The notes under the pieces: model-generated
Seen by the model: the letters and a program-made list of their open reading frames with translations, nothing else
Databases searched by the model: none
Told to the model about the DNA's origin: nothing
Shown: in pieces, positions 1 through 9,898 of the stretch
Numbering within the stretch: the first letter of the stretch is position 1
Layout: every line of letters starts with the position of its first letter
Source of the DNA: Trueperaceae bacterium
GTDB lineage: Bacteria; Deinococcota; Deinococci; Deinococcales; Trueperaceae
Length of the DNA stretch: 64,000 nucleotides
Reading direction: 5' to 3'
Assembly (NCBI GenBank): GCA_965214405.1
Contig: OZ243956.1
Span: forward strand, 3,424,001 to 3,488,000
Program-made: the position numbers and the translations under genes

Positions 1-793
1 GGACACCTACGTCCAAAACTTTCTCGACTGCGCACATCTAGTCGGCGCTGAGGTCGAGGGCAACCGGGTGCGCTGGGGGGGCCGGGAGATTCGGGTGGAG
101 GTTCACCCCATCGGCATCGACACGAACCGTTTTAGAGAGCTTGCCCAGGATAGTAACGTGCGGGCTCTCTCCGAGCAGCGCCGCGCGGAGGCCGGGAGCG
201 AGTTTGTGCTTTTGGGCGTGGACCGGCTTGACTACACCAAGGGGGTGCTCGAGCGCCTCTTGGCTTTCGAGACTTTCCTAGAAACCTACCCCGACTACCG
301 CGGACGCGTCACCTTTTACCAGATCGCCTCGCCGAGCCGCACTCGAGTCGAGTCGTACCAGAACTTAAAGCGCGCGGTGGACGAGGTGGCGGGCCGCATC
401 AACGGCGCGTATATGCAAGAGGACTGGGTGCCGGTGCGCTACCTCTACCGCACCTACTCGCAAGAAGAACTCACCGCCTTTTACTTGGCCGCCGACGCCG
501 CGCTTATTACCCCTTTGCGCGACGGCATGAACATGGTGTCGCAAGAGTTCGCGTGCGTGACCGAGCGGGGAATGCTCATCTTGTCGAACCTTACGGGTGC
601 CGCGAGCTTTCTCTCTGATACGCTGCTCGTCAACCCTTACGACGTTGAAGGCACCGCGCACACCATCAAGACCGCCCTCTCGATGGCTGCAAACGAGCGC
701 AGCACGCGGATGAAGGGCGTTAAAGCGGAGGTGGATACGCTCGACGTTCACGACTGGGCCAAAGGTTTTTTGGACGCCTTGGAATCTGCATGA
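1..793 (+). CDS. otsA: Trehalose-6-phosphate synthase, C-terminal part (5' end outside window)
   Basis: GVDRLDYTKG and PLRDGMN motifs of GT20. Overlaps the downstream T6P phosphatase (ATGA). Confidence 0.93.
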   Translation, partial: DTYVQNFLDCAHLVGAEVEGNRVRWGGREIRVEVHPIGIDTNRFRELAQDSNVRALSEQRRAEAGSEFVLLGVDRLDYTKGVLERLLAFETFLETYPDYRGRVTFYQIASPSRTRVESYQNLKRAVDEVAGRINGAYMQEDWVPVRYLYRTYSQEELTAFYLAADAALITPLRDGMNMVSQEFACVTERGMLILSNLTGAASFLSDTLLVNPYDVEGTAHTIKTALSMAANERSTRMKGVKAEVDTLDVHDWAKGFLDALESA

Positions 794-1494
794 GCACCCC
801 TGACATGAACGTCCCCATCGTCTCCTCCCCTCTGCTCATGCTCGACTACGACGGCACCTTGGCCGACATCGTCGCCAACCCCGACGAGGCCCAGCCGCAC
901 CCTCGAGTGCAAGATTTGCTGGAAAAACTCGCCCAACGTCACCCTGTTTTCGTCATTACAGGACGGCAGGTAAAAGATATCGCCGCCTTTTTACCCGTTC
1001 CTTCACTGCGTATCGTCGGCGTTCACGGGATGGAGGAGGGCGTGGTCGGTGGGGAGACAAAAACGCTCGTGGGTGACGAGGCCAGGGCGGGGCTCGAGTG
1101 GGTCCGCCAGCATCCCCCGGATATTGCAGATTTAGGGATTGAGGACAAAGGCAGCGCGGTGGCCTTTCACTACCGGAATGTGGAGGAGGTAGGGGTTGAG
1201 GAAGCGCTTCGAGACTGGAGCGCGGACGCGCCCGGTACGCTGGACAGGCTGTGGGGGAAGAAGGTGCTCGAGCTTCGCCCCAAGGGCCACAGTAAGGGAA
1301 GCGCGGTGGCGCGGCTTGTGGAGGAGCACCCCGGCACCACCCCCGTCTTTATCGGCGACGACACCACCGACGAGGAGGCGTTCGCGGTGCTTACAGAAAG
1401 CGTCACCGTCAAGGTGGGTGAGGGTGAGACGAAAGCGCAGTACAGGTTGGATGATGTCGAGGCGGTGGTGGGGTATCTGGAAAAGTATCTGTAA
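790..1494 (+). CDS. otsB: Trehalose-6-phosphate phosphatase (HAD)
   Basis: DYDGTL, GKKVLELRP and GDDTTDE motifs. Confidence 0.93.
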   Translation: MSTPDMNVPIVSSPLLMLDYDGTLADIVANPDEAQPHPRVQDLLEKLAQRHPVFVITGRQVKDIAAFLPVPSLRIVGVHGMEEGVVGGETKTLVGDEARAGLEWVRQHPPDIADLGIEDKGSAVAFHYRNVEEVGVEEALRDWSADAPGTLDRLWGKKVLELRPKGHSKGSAVARLVEEHPGTTPVFIGDDTTDEEAFAVLTESVTVKVGEGETKAQYRLDDVEAVVGYLEKYL

Positions 1495-1522
1495 AACGCA
1501 GTAACCCCAGTTTTGGAGGCTT

Positions 1523-2485
1523 ATGACCAGCTCAGACTCATTCACAGTTCGCTCGTTTCGTGAGGAAGATTTTCCTGCTTACGTGGCGCTTCTAAACGCC
1601 GTCTCGGAATACGAGGGCAAGGCCGCGAGGACGACCGAAGTGGAACAGCGTGAGCAGGCAGCCCTGTACACCGTCAATTTGACCGAAGACCGCATGGTGA
1701 TTGAGCATCCCACGACCCCATCCCTCATCGCCGCCTGCGACGTATGGCAGATACACACCAACCCCAGCGCGGAACTCACGCTGCTGGTGCATCCCGACTG
1801 GCGTCGGCGGGGGCTCGGCTTTAAGCTCCTCCAGGCAGGTATCCAACACGCGAACTCACTAAATGCCACGGCGCTTGACGCGCTCGCGCTACCCGAGCAG
1901 GAGGAAATTCGTTCGTTTCTCGAGCGCCACAACTTCGCGGTAGCAGGATTCTACCGCGACATGACCTTGGCGGCTGACAAGCCTCTGTCAAAACCGAACC
2001 TCGGCTCCTACACCGTCCGCACCTTTGACCAGTTGGAGGGTAGTGAAGGCGACAAGATTGACTTGGTTCTCGAGGCTGCCAATCAAGCTTGGGGTGACTT
2101 GTGGGGTCATCAAACCCTGTACGGTACGGAAGGTAGGAAGACGATTCAAGATAACATGCTCCCTCACCACGAATCCGAAGCAATGTTCTTTCTTTTCGAT
2201 GGTGAGAATTACGTTGGGCACGACAGAATTAGCTTTTCAGAAGGAGAAGACGGGGCCAAGGTTGGTCACGCGGGTGTTCCCGGTCTCCTTCCGGCCTACC
2301 GAAGCCCCGAACTCTACCGGGAACTGGCCATCATCGGCCTCAACTGGCTTTATGAACAAGGCTGCGCCGAAATCAAGCTGAGTTCGTGGGGTGACAGTGA
2401 GGAGACGATACGCGCGTTTGAAGATTTGGGCTTCACCATGAACTTTTATGAGTTGGGGTATCAGCGTGTTTTGTCAGGAGTTTAA
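1523..2485 (+). CDS. Tandem GNAT acetyltransferase
   Basis: VHPDWRRRGLG acetyl-CoA motif and a second degenerate GNAT half. GGAGG RBS. Confidence 0.8.
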   Translation: MTSSDSFTVRSFREEDFPAYVALLNAVSEYEGKAARTTEVEQREQAALYTVNLTEDRMVIEHPTTPSLIAACDVWQIHTNPSAELTLLVHPDWRRRGLGFKLLQAGIQHANSLNATALDALALPEQEEIRSFLERHNFAVAGFYRDMTLAADKPLSKPNLGSYTVRTFDQLEGSEGDKIDLVLEAANQAWGDLWGHQTLYGTEGRKTIQDNMLPHHESEAMFFLFDGENYVGHDRISFSEGEDGAKVGHAGVPGLLPAYRSPELYRELAIIGLNWLYEQGCAEIKLSSWGDSEETIRAFEDLGFTMNFYELGYQRVLSGV

Positions 2486-2539
2486 CCCTGATTTGACTCC
2501 TCGAGCCGCCAAAGAAGCCGTTACAGCGTATCTCTTTTC

Positions 2540-3001
2540 TCAACCATCCCTTAGAAGACGCGCGTCCACCTCGTAAGCGTCAGTCGAGGCGGTGACGCGG
2601 TCAAAGGCCGGATGAAGGGGGTTGAGTAGGTAGTTCCACTCCTGCGACACAACCCGGCCAGGAACTCTGAGCGCACAACTTCTTCTTTCATCCAACCACG
2701 CGTCACCGTAGCCACGCCCGTTGAACTGGTCAGGGGCCGCAAGAAATTCACACAAGGTGGACGTTCCCAGAGTCTCAACCGAGCCTTCAGGAATTTCGAT
2801 ACGGCTTTTGACGTAGTGGGCGAGTTGCCGCTTTATCTGCAAGTTGACGAAAAGCTCGAGCGTCGCCAGGGCCAGGCTGTCTGAGCTGTAAACGATGCGC
2901 CTTCCTTGGCTGTGCCAGCGTCCGGACGCGAACAGCCCCCCGTTGCCGCTCATCGCTTCGTCTTTGTAGCGCGCGTGGGTGAGTCGCCAAGCGACAATCA
3001 A
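2540..3001 (-). CDS. RES-domain toxin (MbcT/ParT-like, NAD-consuming)
   Basis: AWRL..GRWH..YSSDSLALATLE..WNYLLNPLHP..DARL. The TTG start at 3001 overlaps the antitoxin stop (TTGA). Confidence 0.85.
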   Translation of the reverse strand: MIVAWRLTHARYKDEAMSGNGGLFASGRWHSQGRRIVYSSDSLALATLELFVNLQIKRQLAHYVKSRIEIPEGSVETLGTSTLCEFLAAPDQFNGRGYGDAWLDERRSCALRVPGRVVSQEWNYLLNPLHPAFDRVTASTDAYEVDARLLRDG

Positions 3002-3308
3002 GGATAGAGGCCCCAAGCGAGCTGTTTGAGGAGCACGCTCACGGCGTCCGCGCCGGGGTCGGTATCGAGCAGGCTCAGGGGCGTTCCCTCGAGCGCCGGT
3101 AGCGGGGTCTTGAGCCACCGCAAGGCGTCTGCATGACCACCAACATCACCGCTAACCCCACCGCCAAAAAAAGAGACCGTCTCCCGGTAGATGCGGGCAA
3201 CGCGGCTGATGGCGTTGCTCTCGCTGGGTTTGAACGCGCCTTCTTTTTGCCTTTTGGTCAGGGTGCGCCGGGGGATGCCCAGGAGGTGCGCGAGTTCTTC
3301 TGTACTTA

Positions 3309-4228
3309 GGGTCTGTCTGACAGAAGGGATGAAGATGGTTTAGGGTAGGCGTATGGCACGAACAGACCTAAAAGAGCAGCAGTGGCAAGCACTAAAACCG
3401 CATCTACCCCCCAATCCCCAACGGGGTCACAACTACCGCAACCACCGACAGGTCATCAACGGCATTTCGTGGCGCTTGAAAACAGGCGCTCCCTGGCGCG
3501 ACGTTCCTGAACGCTACGGACCTTGGCAGACCTGCTGGGACCGCTTCACGAGGTGGGAGCGCAACGGTGTCTGGAAGCGCATCCTGCACAGGCTTCAAGC
3601 TCACGCCGATGCGGCGGGTGAGATTGATTGGGACGGCGCAGCGTTAGACAGCTCTCATATTAAAGCGCACCGCAGCGCCAGCGGGGCGAGGAAGCGGCCT
3701 GCTGAGGGTGAAAAAAGGGGACCTTAGCAGACGAGTGGCTGGGACACTCACGCGGAGGCCACACCAGCAAGGTGCATACCTGCGCGGACGGCAAAGTGCG
3801 ACCCCTGTCCGTGGTCATCACGGCGGGACAGCGCAACGACGCCGCTTGGCTAGAGCCGGTCTTGGACGAGATTTATGTGCCCCGCCTTGGCAGAGGGCGA
3901 CCGCGTAAGCGCCCCCCTCAGCTTAGACTCGACCGCGCTTATGGTTTCAACAAGCAGCGGAAGATACTAAGGCGCAGGGGCATCATCTGTATCAGCCCCG
4001 AGCGCGAAGATGCCAAGAAGTCTCGCTTGTCTAAGGGCACAAAAGGTGGACGACCTCCTGCTTTCGATAAGCAAGCCTACAAAGGACGTAACGTGGTCGA
4101 ACGCTGCATCAACCGACTTAAAGACTTTCGCGCCGTTGCCACCCGCTACGACAAACGCGGCAGAAACTACCGTGCTGGTGTGCTCCTCGCCTCCATCATC
4201 CTCTGGCTTTGATTAGTCAGACAGACCC
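3309..4228 (+). mobile_element. IS5-family (IS427-like group) insertion sequence, copy 1, 920 bp
   Basis: 13-bp terminal inverted repeats GGGTCTGTCTGAC/GTCAGACAGACCC. TA duplication at 3307-3308 and 4229-4230. Confidence 0.95.
3353..4212 (+). CDS. IS5 transposase split into orfA (3353-3727) and orfB in the -1 frame, probably joined by frameshifting at A6G4 (3711-3720)
   Basis: orfA has [13 protein letters not shown]. The -1 frame reads [40 protein letters not shown]. Confidence 0.9.
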
Positions 4229-4347
4229 TAGCTCGAGCGCCTCACGTAAAGCCGTGAAAGCCTCGAAAGGTAACCCCTCCCGAACCGCCGTGATGCGTTG
4301 CTTATCGTTGCCCTGAAGAAGCTGTTGAACCGTCATAACGCACCTCT

Positions 4348-4361
4348 TGGTAATTTTACCA
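4348..4361. promoter_or_regulatory. Palindrome TGGTAA-TT-TTACCA over the -10 region of the Xre-RES operon (putative autoregulatory operator)
   Basis: Inverted repeat 12 nt upstream of the antitoxin start. Confidence 0.5.
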
Positions 4362-4469
4362 TCAATTTTAGTAGAGTTGCCCAACAGCATCCTTCCTGAC
4401 CCACGTATCACCTAAAGCAAACGTAACGAATAACACATCCCGGGTGCAAAAGGAGCGGTAAGCTTTCCC

Positions 4470-4634
4470 TACCACGGAAAGGAGGTGGTCCTGATTTTAC
4501 AAAGTGAAACGACCAGTGGAGGTACCCGTCGAGGGTAACTGACCACGCCTCTGTCTGAGGGACCACGGTTACCCTCAGTACCAGGCGGGTATCCGCAGCC
4601 CCCAGAGTCCACGCGACTCTGGGGGCTGTTCTCG
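4470..4634 (+). ncRNA. Candidate structured small RNA or leader-peptide RNA
   Basis: TAAGCT -10-like box at 4459. 5' hairpin ACCAC/GTGGT. Nested stems GGTACCCGTC/GGCGGGTATC and GAGGGTAAC/GTTACCCTC. Terminal 14-bp hairpin. Confidence 0.6.
4596..4634 (+). terminator. Intrinsic terminator-like hairpin
   Basis: Perfect 14-bp stem CAGCCCCCAGAGTC/GACTCTGGGGGCTG followed by TTCTCGTT. Confidence 0.75.
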
Positions 4635-4670
4635 TTATAATTGTTGGCTGACTGGTTGTTGAATGAGCAA

Positions 4671-5120
4671 TTATTGGCTGAGACTGTACGTGTAAAATGA
4701 CGTGACTCTCTCCCACCCCAACGCCTCATAAAGCGCCCCCGCCGCCTCGTTCGTCACCTCGGTTTGTAGCGATAACCACGCCGCGCCCGCTTCCTCTCCG
4801 AAGCTTGCCGCGCGCTCGAGCAGCCCCCGCGCCACCCCCTTACGCCGCGCCTCGAGTGCCACAAAAAGGTCGTTGAGAATCCACACCCGCGCCATCAAGA
4901 CGGACGAGAAAGACGGGTAGAGCTGCGTAAAACCTGCGGGTTTCCCATCTAAAAACGCCACAAAGACGACCGAATCACCCTGCACGAGGCGCTCGCGCAA
5001 AAACGCTTTTGCCCCCGGTAGGTCGGGGGCTTGGCGGTAGAAGCTTCTGTAGGCGTCGAAAAGGAGGGCAAGTTCGTCTATGTGTTGAAGTCCGGCTTGA
5101 ACGACTTTTAGCTCAGGCAC
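4671..5120 (-). CDS. GNAT acetyltransferase
   Basis: LFDAYRSFY, FTQLYPSFSS..WILNDLFV..ARRKGVA. GTG start overlaps the bioY end. Confidence 0.88.
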   Translation of the reverse strand: MPELKVVQAGLQHIDELALLFDAYRSFYRQAPDLPGAKAFLRERLVQGDSVVFVAFLDGKPAGFTQLYPSFSSVLMARVWILNDLFVALEARRKGVARGLLERAASFGEEAGAAWLSLQTEVTNEAAGALYEALGWERVTSFYTYSLSQ

Positions 5121-5694
5121 GTTTCTTTCCCAGAAGCTTCCAGGCGGCGGGCAAGAGCAGGGCCGCCACGAGCAGCTTGAGCAGGTCGCCGGGAACGAAC
5201 GGGACGAGGCCCCATTGCAGCGTGGTGGGCCAGTCGGGCGCAAGTTGCTTGAGCCACAAAAGACCCGGAATGTAGATGATGAGGTTGCCCACAAACATTG
5301 CCAACGCCGTAGTGCTCACGCGCCGGTCAAAGCCGCGCTGCGCGAGAAACCCTACCACCGCCGCCGCCACGGGAAAGCCCAAAAGATAGCCCGCCGTGGC
5401 TCCTGTGAATACGGCCCAGCCCGCCGCGCCACCCGAAAAGACGCCTAAGCCTAAGCCTCCTACTAAAAGGTACGCGAGCATCGTCACGCCGCCCAAAGAG
5501 AAGCCGTAGGCCGCGCCGATGAGCAAGACGCCCAGCGTCTGCCCGGTGAGGGGCACGGGGCCAAGCTCGAGCCGCACCTGCGAAAGAAGCGCCATAACGA
5601 GCACGCCCAAGGTGATTTGAAGGAACGCGCGTAAAGCGTCGTTGCGAACCGGAACGAGGCGGTTGATGAGCGGCTGTGACAAGGTTTGTGTCAT
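5113..5694 (-). CDS. bioY: Biotin ECF transporter S component
   Basis: PVPLTGQTLGV, GYLLGF and PFVPGDLLK motifs. GGAGG RBS before ATG 5694. Confidence 0.92.
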   Translation of the reverse strand: MTQTLSQPLINRLVPVRNDALRAFLQITLGVLVMALLSQVRLELGPVPLTGQTLGVLLIGAAYGFSLGGVTMLAYLLVGGLGLGVFSGGAAGWAVFTGATAGYLLGFPVAAAVVGFLAQRGFDRRVSTTALAMFVGNLIIYIPGLLWLKQLAPDWPTTLQWGLVPFVPGDLLKLLVAALLLPAAWKLLGKKRA

Positions 5695-5911
5695 GAAGAC
5701 CTCCAGAGAACTGTCGCTCAGTATATCCACTCGAGCCCGCCGGGCGTAAACAGACCGCAAACAGGCAGCGTAGGCGGACGCGCGCGAGAATCCACCCGTG
5801 TTCCTTATCTCGAGGGCGCACACTTGCTATGGTAGAGGCTAGTTTAGGTGTTGAGGTAAAGTAGGGCCTCACAAAACTTTGTTAAACATTCCTGCCAAAC
5901 CGGAGGAGACC

Positions 5912-7912
5912 ATGACGCAGACCGCAGAAAAACCCCAAACCGACCTTCAGGAGCGCGCCGTCAACACGATTCGCGCGCTCACCATCGACGCAACCCAGGA
6001 GGCGGGCTCGGGCCACCCCGGGATGCCGATGGGTGCGGCGGCGATGGGCTATACGCTTTTTACCCAGAGTATGCGCTACAACCCCAAGAACCCGCTCTGG
6101 TTCGACCGCGACCGCTACGTGCAATCCGCCGGTCACGGCTCGATGCTCCAGTACAGCCTCTTGCACTTAACAGGCTTCGACGTGTCGATGGACGACCTCA
6201 AGGCCTACCGCAAGTTTGAGAGCAAAACGCCCGGCCACCCCGAAGTCCACCACACCCCCGGCGTCGAGACGACCACGGGTCCCTTGGGTCAGGGCCTCAG
6301 CACCGCGGTCGGCATGGCCCTGGCCGAGGCGCACTTAGCCGCCGTTTACAACCGCCCTGAGCACGACGTCGTCAACCACTACACCTTTGTGATTGCCTCC
6401 GACGGCGACCTCATGGAGGGCGTGACGCACGAGGCGTCGTCGCTGGCGGGGCACCTGGGGCTGGGCAAGCTCATCGTGCTTTACGACGACAACGAAATCA
6501 CGCTCGACGCAGAAGCCGACGTGTCTTTTAGTGAGGACACCCTAAAGCGTTACGAGGCTTACCACTGGCACACCACCATCGTCGAGGACGGCAACGACGT
6601 GGCGGCGATTCGGGCCGCAATCGAGGCGGCCAAAGCTGAAAGAGACAGGCCCAGCCTCATCGCGGTGCGGACCATCATCGGCTACGGCGCGCCCGACCAG
6701 GACACCTCCGACGTCCACGGTTCGCCCCTGGGCGAGGAGAACGCGAAAAAAGCCAAGGAAACACTCAACATCGACTGGCCCGCTTTTACCGTGCCCGACG
6801 ACGTGCTGGCGCATTACCGCGAGGCGGTTTCCAAGGGTGAAGAGGCCGAGCGGGATTGGAATGAGCGTTTTGGGGCGTACAAGCGTGCTTTTCCCGAACT
6901 CGCCGCGCAGTTTCAGGGGATGCTCGAGAAGACCCTACCCGACGGGCTCGAGGACGCCCTCCCCACCTTTGAGCCAGGCAAAAGTACCGCCACGCGTAAC
7001 GCGTCGGGCAAAGCGCTCAACGCCTTAGCCAAACTCGTCCCCGCCATGCTCGGCGGCTCGGCGGACTTGGCGGGCTCGACCAAGACGGACATCGACGACA
7101 CCGCCATCATCCAGCGCGGCGACTACACGGGGCGCAACATCTACTTCGGCGTGCGCGAACACGCGATGGCGGCGGCGGCCAACGGTATGGCGCTCCACGA
7201 CCTGCGGCCCTTTGTGGGCACATTCCTCATCTTTTCGGACTACCTGCGCCCCTCGCTGCGCCTCGCGGCCTTGATGGACCAGCCCGTCATGTACGTGTTC
7301 ACCCACGATTCGATTGGTTTGGGCGGCGACGGCCCGACGCACCAGCCCATCGCGGCCCTCATGGCGCTCCGCGCGATTCCCAACATGACCGTCATCCGCC
7401 CCGCCGACGCGAACGAGACCGCGCAGGCCTGGGCCTACGCGCTCCGCCACCAGGACGGTCCCGTCGCCTTTGCGCTCACCCGGCAGAACGTGCCCAACTT
7501 GGAAGTGCCCAAGGGCAGCGTCGCCAAGGGCGCTTATGTCGCTGCTGACGCTGATGGCGCGCCGGACGTGATTTTGATAGCCACGGGTTCCGAGGTGCAT
7601 AAGTGTCTGGAGGCCAAAGAGGTGTTGGAGGGCGAGGGCGTCAAGACTCGAGTGGTCAGTATGCCGTCCTTTGAAATTTTTGACGCGCAAGACGAAACTT
7701 ACCGCGAGTCGGTCTTGCCCAGAAGCGTCCGGGCGCGCGTGGCGGTGGAGGCGGGCTCGCCCTTGGGCTGGCAAAAGTACACCGGTTTAGACGGCGCGGT
7801 TATCGGCTTGGAGCGCTTCGGCGCGTCCGGTGAGGGCGACGTGGTGATGGATAAATTGGGCTTTAACACGGACAACATCGTAAGGACCGCCAAACGCGTG
7901 CTCGGAAATTGA
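5912..7912 (+). CDS. tkt: Transketolase
   Basis: [23 protein letters not shown] and [16 protein letters not shown] motifs. Confidence 0.97.
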   Translation: MTQTAEKPQTDLQERAVNTIRALTIDATQEAGSGHPGMPMGAAAMGYTLFTQSMRYNPKNPLWFDRDRYVQSAGHGSMLQYSLLHLTGFDVSMDDLKAYRKFESKTPGHPEVHHTPGVETTTGPLGQGLSTAVGMALAEAHLAAVYNRPEHDVVNHYTFVIASDGDLMEGVTHEASSLAGHLGLGKLIVLYDDNEITLDAEADVSFSEDTLKRYEAYHWHTTIVEDGNDVAAIRAAIEAAKAERDRPSLIAVRTIIGYGAPDQDTSDVHGSPLGEENAKKAKETLNIDWPAFTVPDDVLAHYREAVSKGEEAERDWNERFGAYKRAFPELAAQFQGMLEKTLPDGLEDALPTFEPGKSTATRNASGKALNALAKLVPAMLGGSADLAGSTKTDIDDTAIIQRGDYTGRNIYFGVREHAMAAAANGMALHDLRPFVGTFLIFSDYLRPSLRLAALMDQPVMYVFTHDSIGLGGDGPTHQPIAALMALRAIPNMTVIRPADANETAQAWAYALRHQDGPVAFALTRQNVPNLEVPKGSVAKGAYVAADADGAPDVILIATGSEVHKCLEAKEVLEGEGVKTRVVSMPSFEIFDAQDETYRESVLPRSVRARVAVEAGSPLGWQKYTGLDGAVIGLERFGASGEGDVVMDKLGFNTDNIVRTAKRVLGN

Positions 7913-8039
7913 CGCGCACCTGACACCCCTCGCTGAAGATGCTAGAGGAGCTTGGAGCCACAAATCTCCTGCTCCTCACGGTTTCTCACGGGGTAGTTCT
8001 TTAGAATGAGTTAGGCTTTATGTTGAACAGGAGGAATAA

Positions 8040-9824
8040 ATGACCGTAAAGAAACTCTTACTCGCCGCTTCGCTGCTGCTCTGGGGGCTTGCGAGCGCCC
8101 AGAACATCCCAGAACTGCTCCCCAACAACACGATTCTCGCGCTCGGGATGCAGGATTTGTCGGCGCAAGAGGCCAAGTTTCAACCCTTCGTCGATGAGTT
8201 CGAGCGGCTCGAGCTCGGCCAGGCCCTGGCCGTGCTTTTCAACGAGGGCGACGAAGACATGTTTGGCGATATGACCGGTGGTGATGCGACCGGCGGCGAT
8301 ATGACCGGTGGCATGATGAATGAAGACCTTTTTTCGGGTGAGCTCGAGGGCCTCACCGTCTACGACCTCTTGGGTCAAGACGCCTGGATTGACGTGTCAG
8401 CCTCGTCGTTTAACCCGCTCCCCGCCTTGACGCTCATCACGCGCCTGAGTGATGAAGCGACATCTAAACTTCAAGCCGCTTTGGACGATAACCAAACCAC
8501 CAGGAGCGAGGACGTTCAGACGCTTACCGAAGGCGACTACACCTTTTACCAGGAGGGCGTCGAGGACGCCGACCCCATCCAGGTCGTGGCCTACGCGCTC
8601 ACTGACAACCTGCTGATGCTCTCGACCAACCCCGACACCCTGCGCGGGGTGCTGCGGCAGCTCGGCGGCTCCGAAGACCCCTCGTTTGTGGACAGCGAGG
8701 GCTACACGAACACGCTGGGGCGGCTCGAGTCCGGCGCGCTTTACGCCTACATCGACTACGCGCAAATCGCGGACGCCGTCGCGCCCCTGGCGAGCAACTT
8801 CGGCTTCGACGCGCTCGTGACCCGGCTTTCGCAAGCCTTGACGACGGCGGGTGTGGCGGGCAGCACGATTCGCGTGACCGATGATGGTTTAGTCCAAGAG
8901 GGTTATCAGGTTCCCAATGCTGATGGCGGCGACACGACGCTCTACGGCCTCCTGACCAACGCCGACCCGACCACGCAGGACGCGCTTTCGTTCGTGCCCG
9001 AAGATGCGCTTGCCTACTCGAGCGCCACCGCCAATCTCCAGGGATGGTGGGACTACCTCAACGAACTCGCGGCGAGCGTGCCCGAGTTGGGCGGCGACCT
9101 CAATACCCTGCTGCTGTCGTTTTTCGGCGTGGACTTACGCACCACCTTTTTTGACTGGACGGGCTCGCAAGTGACCTCGGTCACTACCGGCGTCAGCGAG
9201 ATGGTGGAGCCGGGTGTGGCCGCCGAGAACCTGCTCGGCGAGAGTGTTTTTATCATCCCCACCACCGACGAAGAAGCGGCGAGAACGGGCTTGCAAACGC
9301 TTTTCCAAAACCTCACACAAGCGGTATCCGCTTTTGCCGACCCCCAAGGCGGCACGGGCGGCGCGGTCATGGACGCTTCTGACGTAGGCGGCGTAAGCGT
9401 GACGCGTTACGACCTCACCAACGGGGTGAGCCTGAGTTACGCGGTGACGGACGGGCAGGTGCTGATAGCGACCTCGGCGGAGGCGATGCAGGCGGTGCTG
9501 GACGCCAAGGCGAACAACACCAGCATCACCAACAGCGACGCTTACAACACGCTCCAGGAAGTTGCGCCCGAGGGCGCCTCTTCGGTCACGCTGACCGACC
9601 AAAGGAGCACGCTCGAGAGCGTCGCCCAGCAGGTCGCGGCGCAGCTCGAGCTGACCGCGGGCTTAACGGGCGCGCAGAACTTAGACTTTGACGCGGTGAG
9701 CGACGCGAGCAGCAAGTTAGAAGAATTCATTACCTTCGTCGCGGGCAAGTTCGGCACGAGCGTGGGCTACGGCGAGCGCGGCGAGACCATTCGTACCTAC
9801 GGCCAAACAGACGTAACCTGGTAA
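8040..9824 (+). CDS. Secreted acidic protein, DUF3352-like
   Basis: Signal peptide ending ASA-Q. LLP.NT and VPEDA repeated-domain pattern. Short GDMTGG repeats. Confidence 0.6.
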   Translation: MTVKKLLLAASLLLWGLASAQNIPELLPNNTILALGMQDLSAQEAKFQPFVDEFERLELGQALAVLFNEGDEDMFGDMTGGDATGGDMTGGMMNEDLFSGELEGLTVYDLLGQDAWIDVSASSFNPLPALTLITRLSDEATSKLQAALDDNQTTRSEDVQTLTEGDYTFYQEGVEDADPIQVVAYALTDNLLMLSTNPDTLRGVLRQLGGSEDPSFVDSEGYTNTLGRLESGALYAYIDYAQIADAVAPLASNFGFDALVTRLSQALTTAGVAGSTIRVTDDGLVQEGYQVPNADGGDTTLYGLLTNADPTTQDALSFVPEDALAYSSATANLQGWWDYLNELAASVPELGGDLNTLLLSFFGVDLRTTFFDWTGSQVTSVTTGVSEMVEPGVAAENLLGESVFIIPTTDEEAARTGLQTLFQNLTQAVSAFADPQGGTGGAVMDASDVGGVSVTRYDLTNGVSLSYAVTDGQVLIATSAEAMQAVLDAKANNTSITNSDAYNTLQEVAPEGASSVTLTDQRSTLESVAQQVAAQLELTAGLTGAQNLDFDAVSDASSKLEEFITFVAGKFGTSVGYGERGETIRTYGQTDVTW

Positions 9825-9844
9825 GCGTTTACCAAGGTAACGCG

Positions 9845-9874
9845 ACATCCTCCCGATTAAGGGAGGATGTTTTC
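9845..9874 (+). terminator. Intrinsic terminator
   Basis: ACATCCTCCC/GGGAGGATGT stem followed by a T tract. Confidence 0.8.
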
Positions 9875-9898
9875 TTGCGCCTCACACGTTTGCAGCTT

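Larger units (their letters stand above)
2998..4336 (-). pseudogene. Xre/MbcA/ParS antitoxin interrupted by IS5 element
   Basis: Removing the IS plus one TA restores one frame: MTVQQLL..VREGLPFEAF..ALEL|STEELAHLLGIPRRTL..ALRWLKTPLPALEGTPLSLLDTDPGADAV..GLYP*. Confidence 0.9.

Noticed and set aside
4478..4491. 16S rRNA gene fragment on the minus strand
   Set aside because: Only 14 nt match the 16S tail, and the flanks do not resemble helix 45 or an ITS.
5695..5900. BirA operator or riboswitch upstream of bioY
   Set aside because: No TGTAAAC-N-GTTTACA-type palindrome or recognisable riboswitch core was found.
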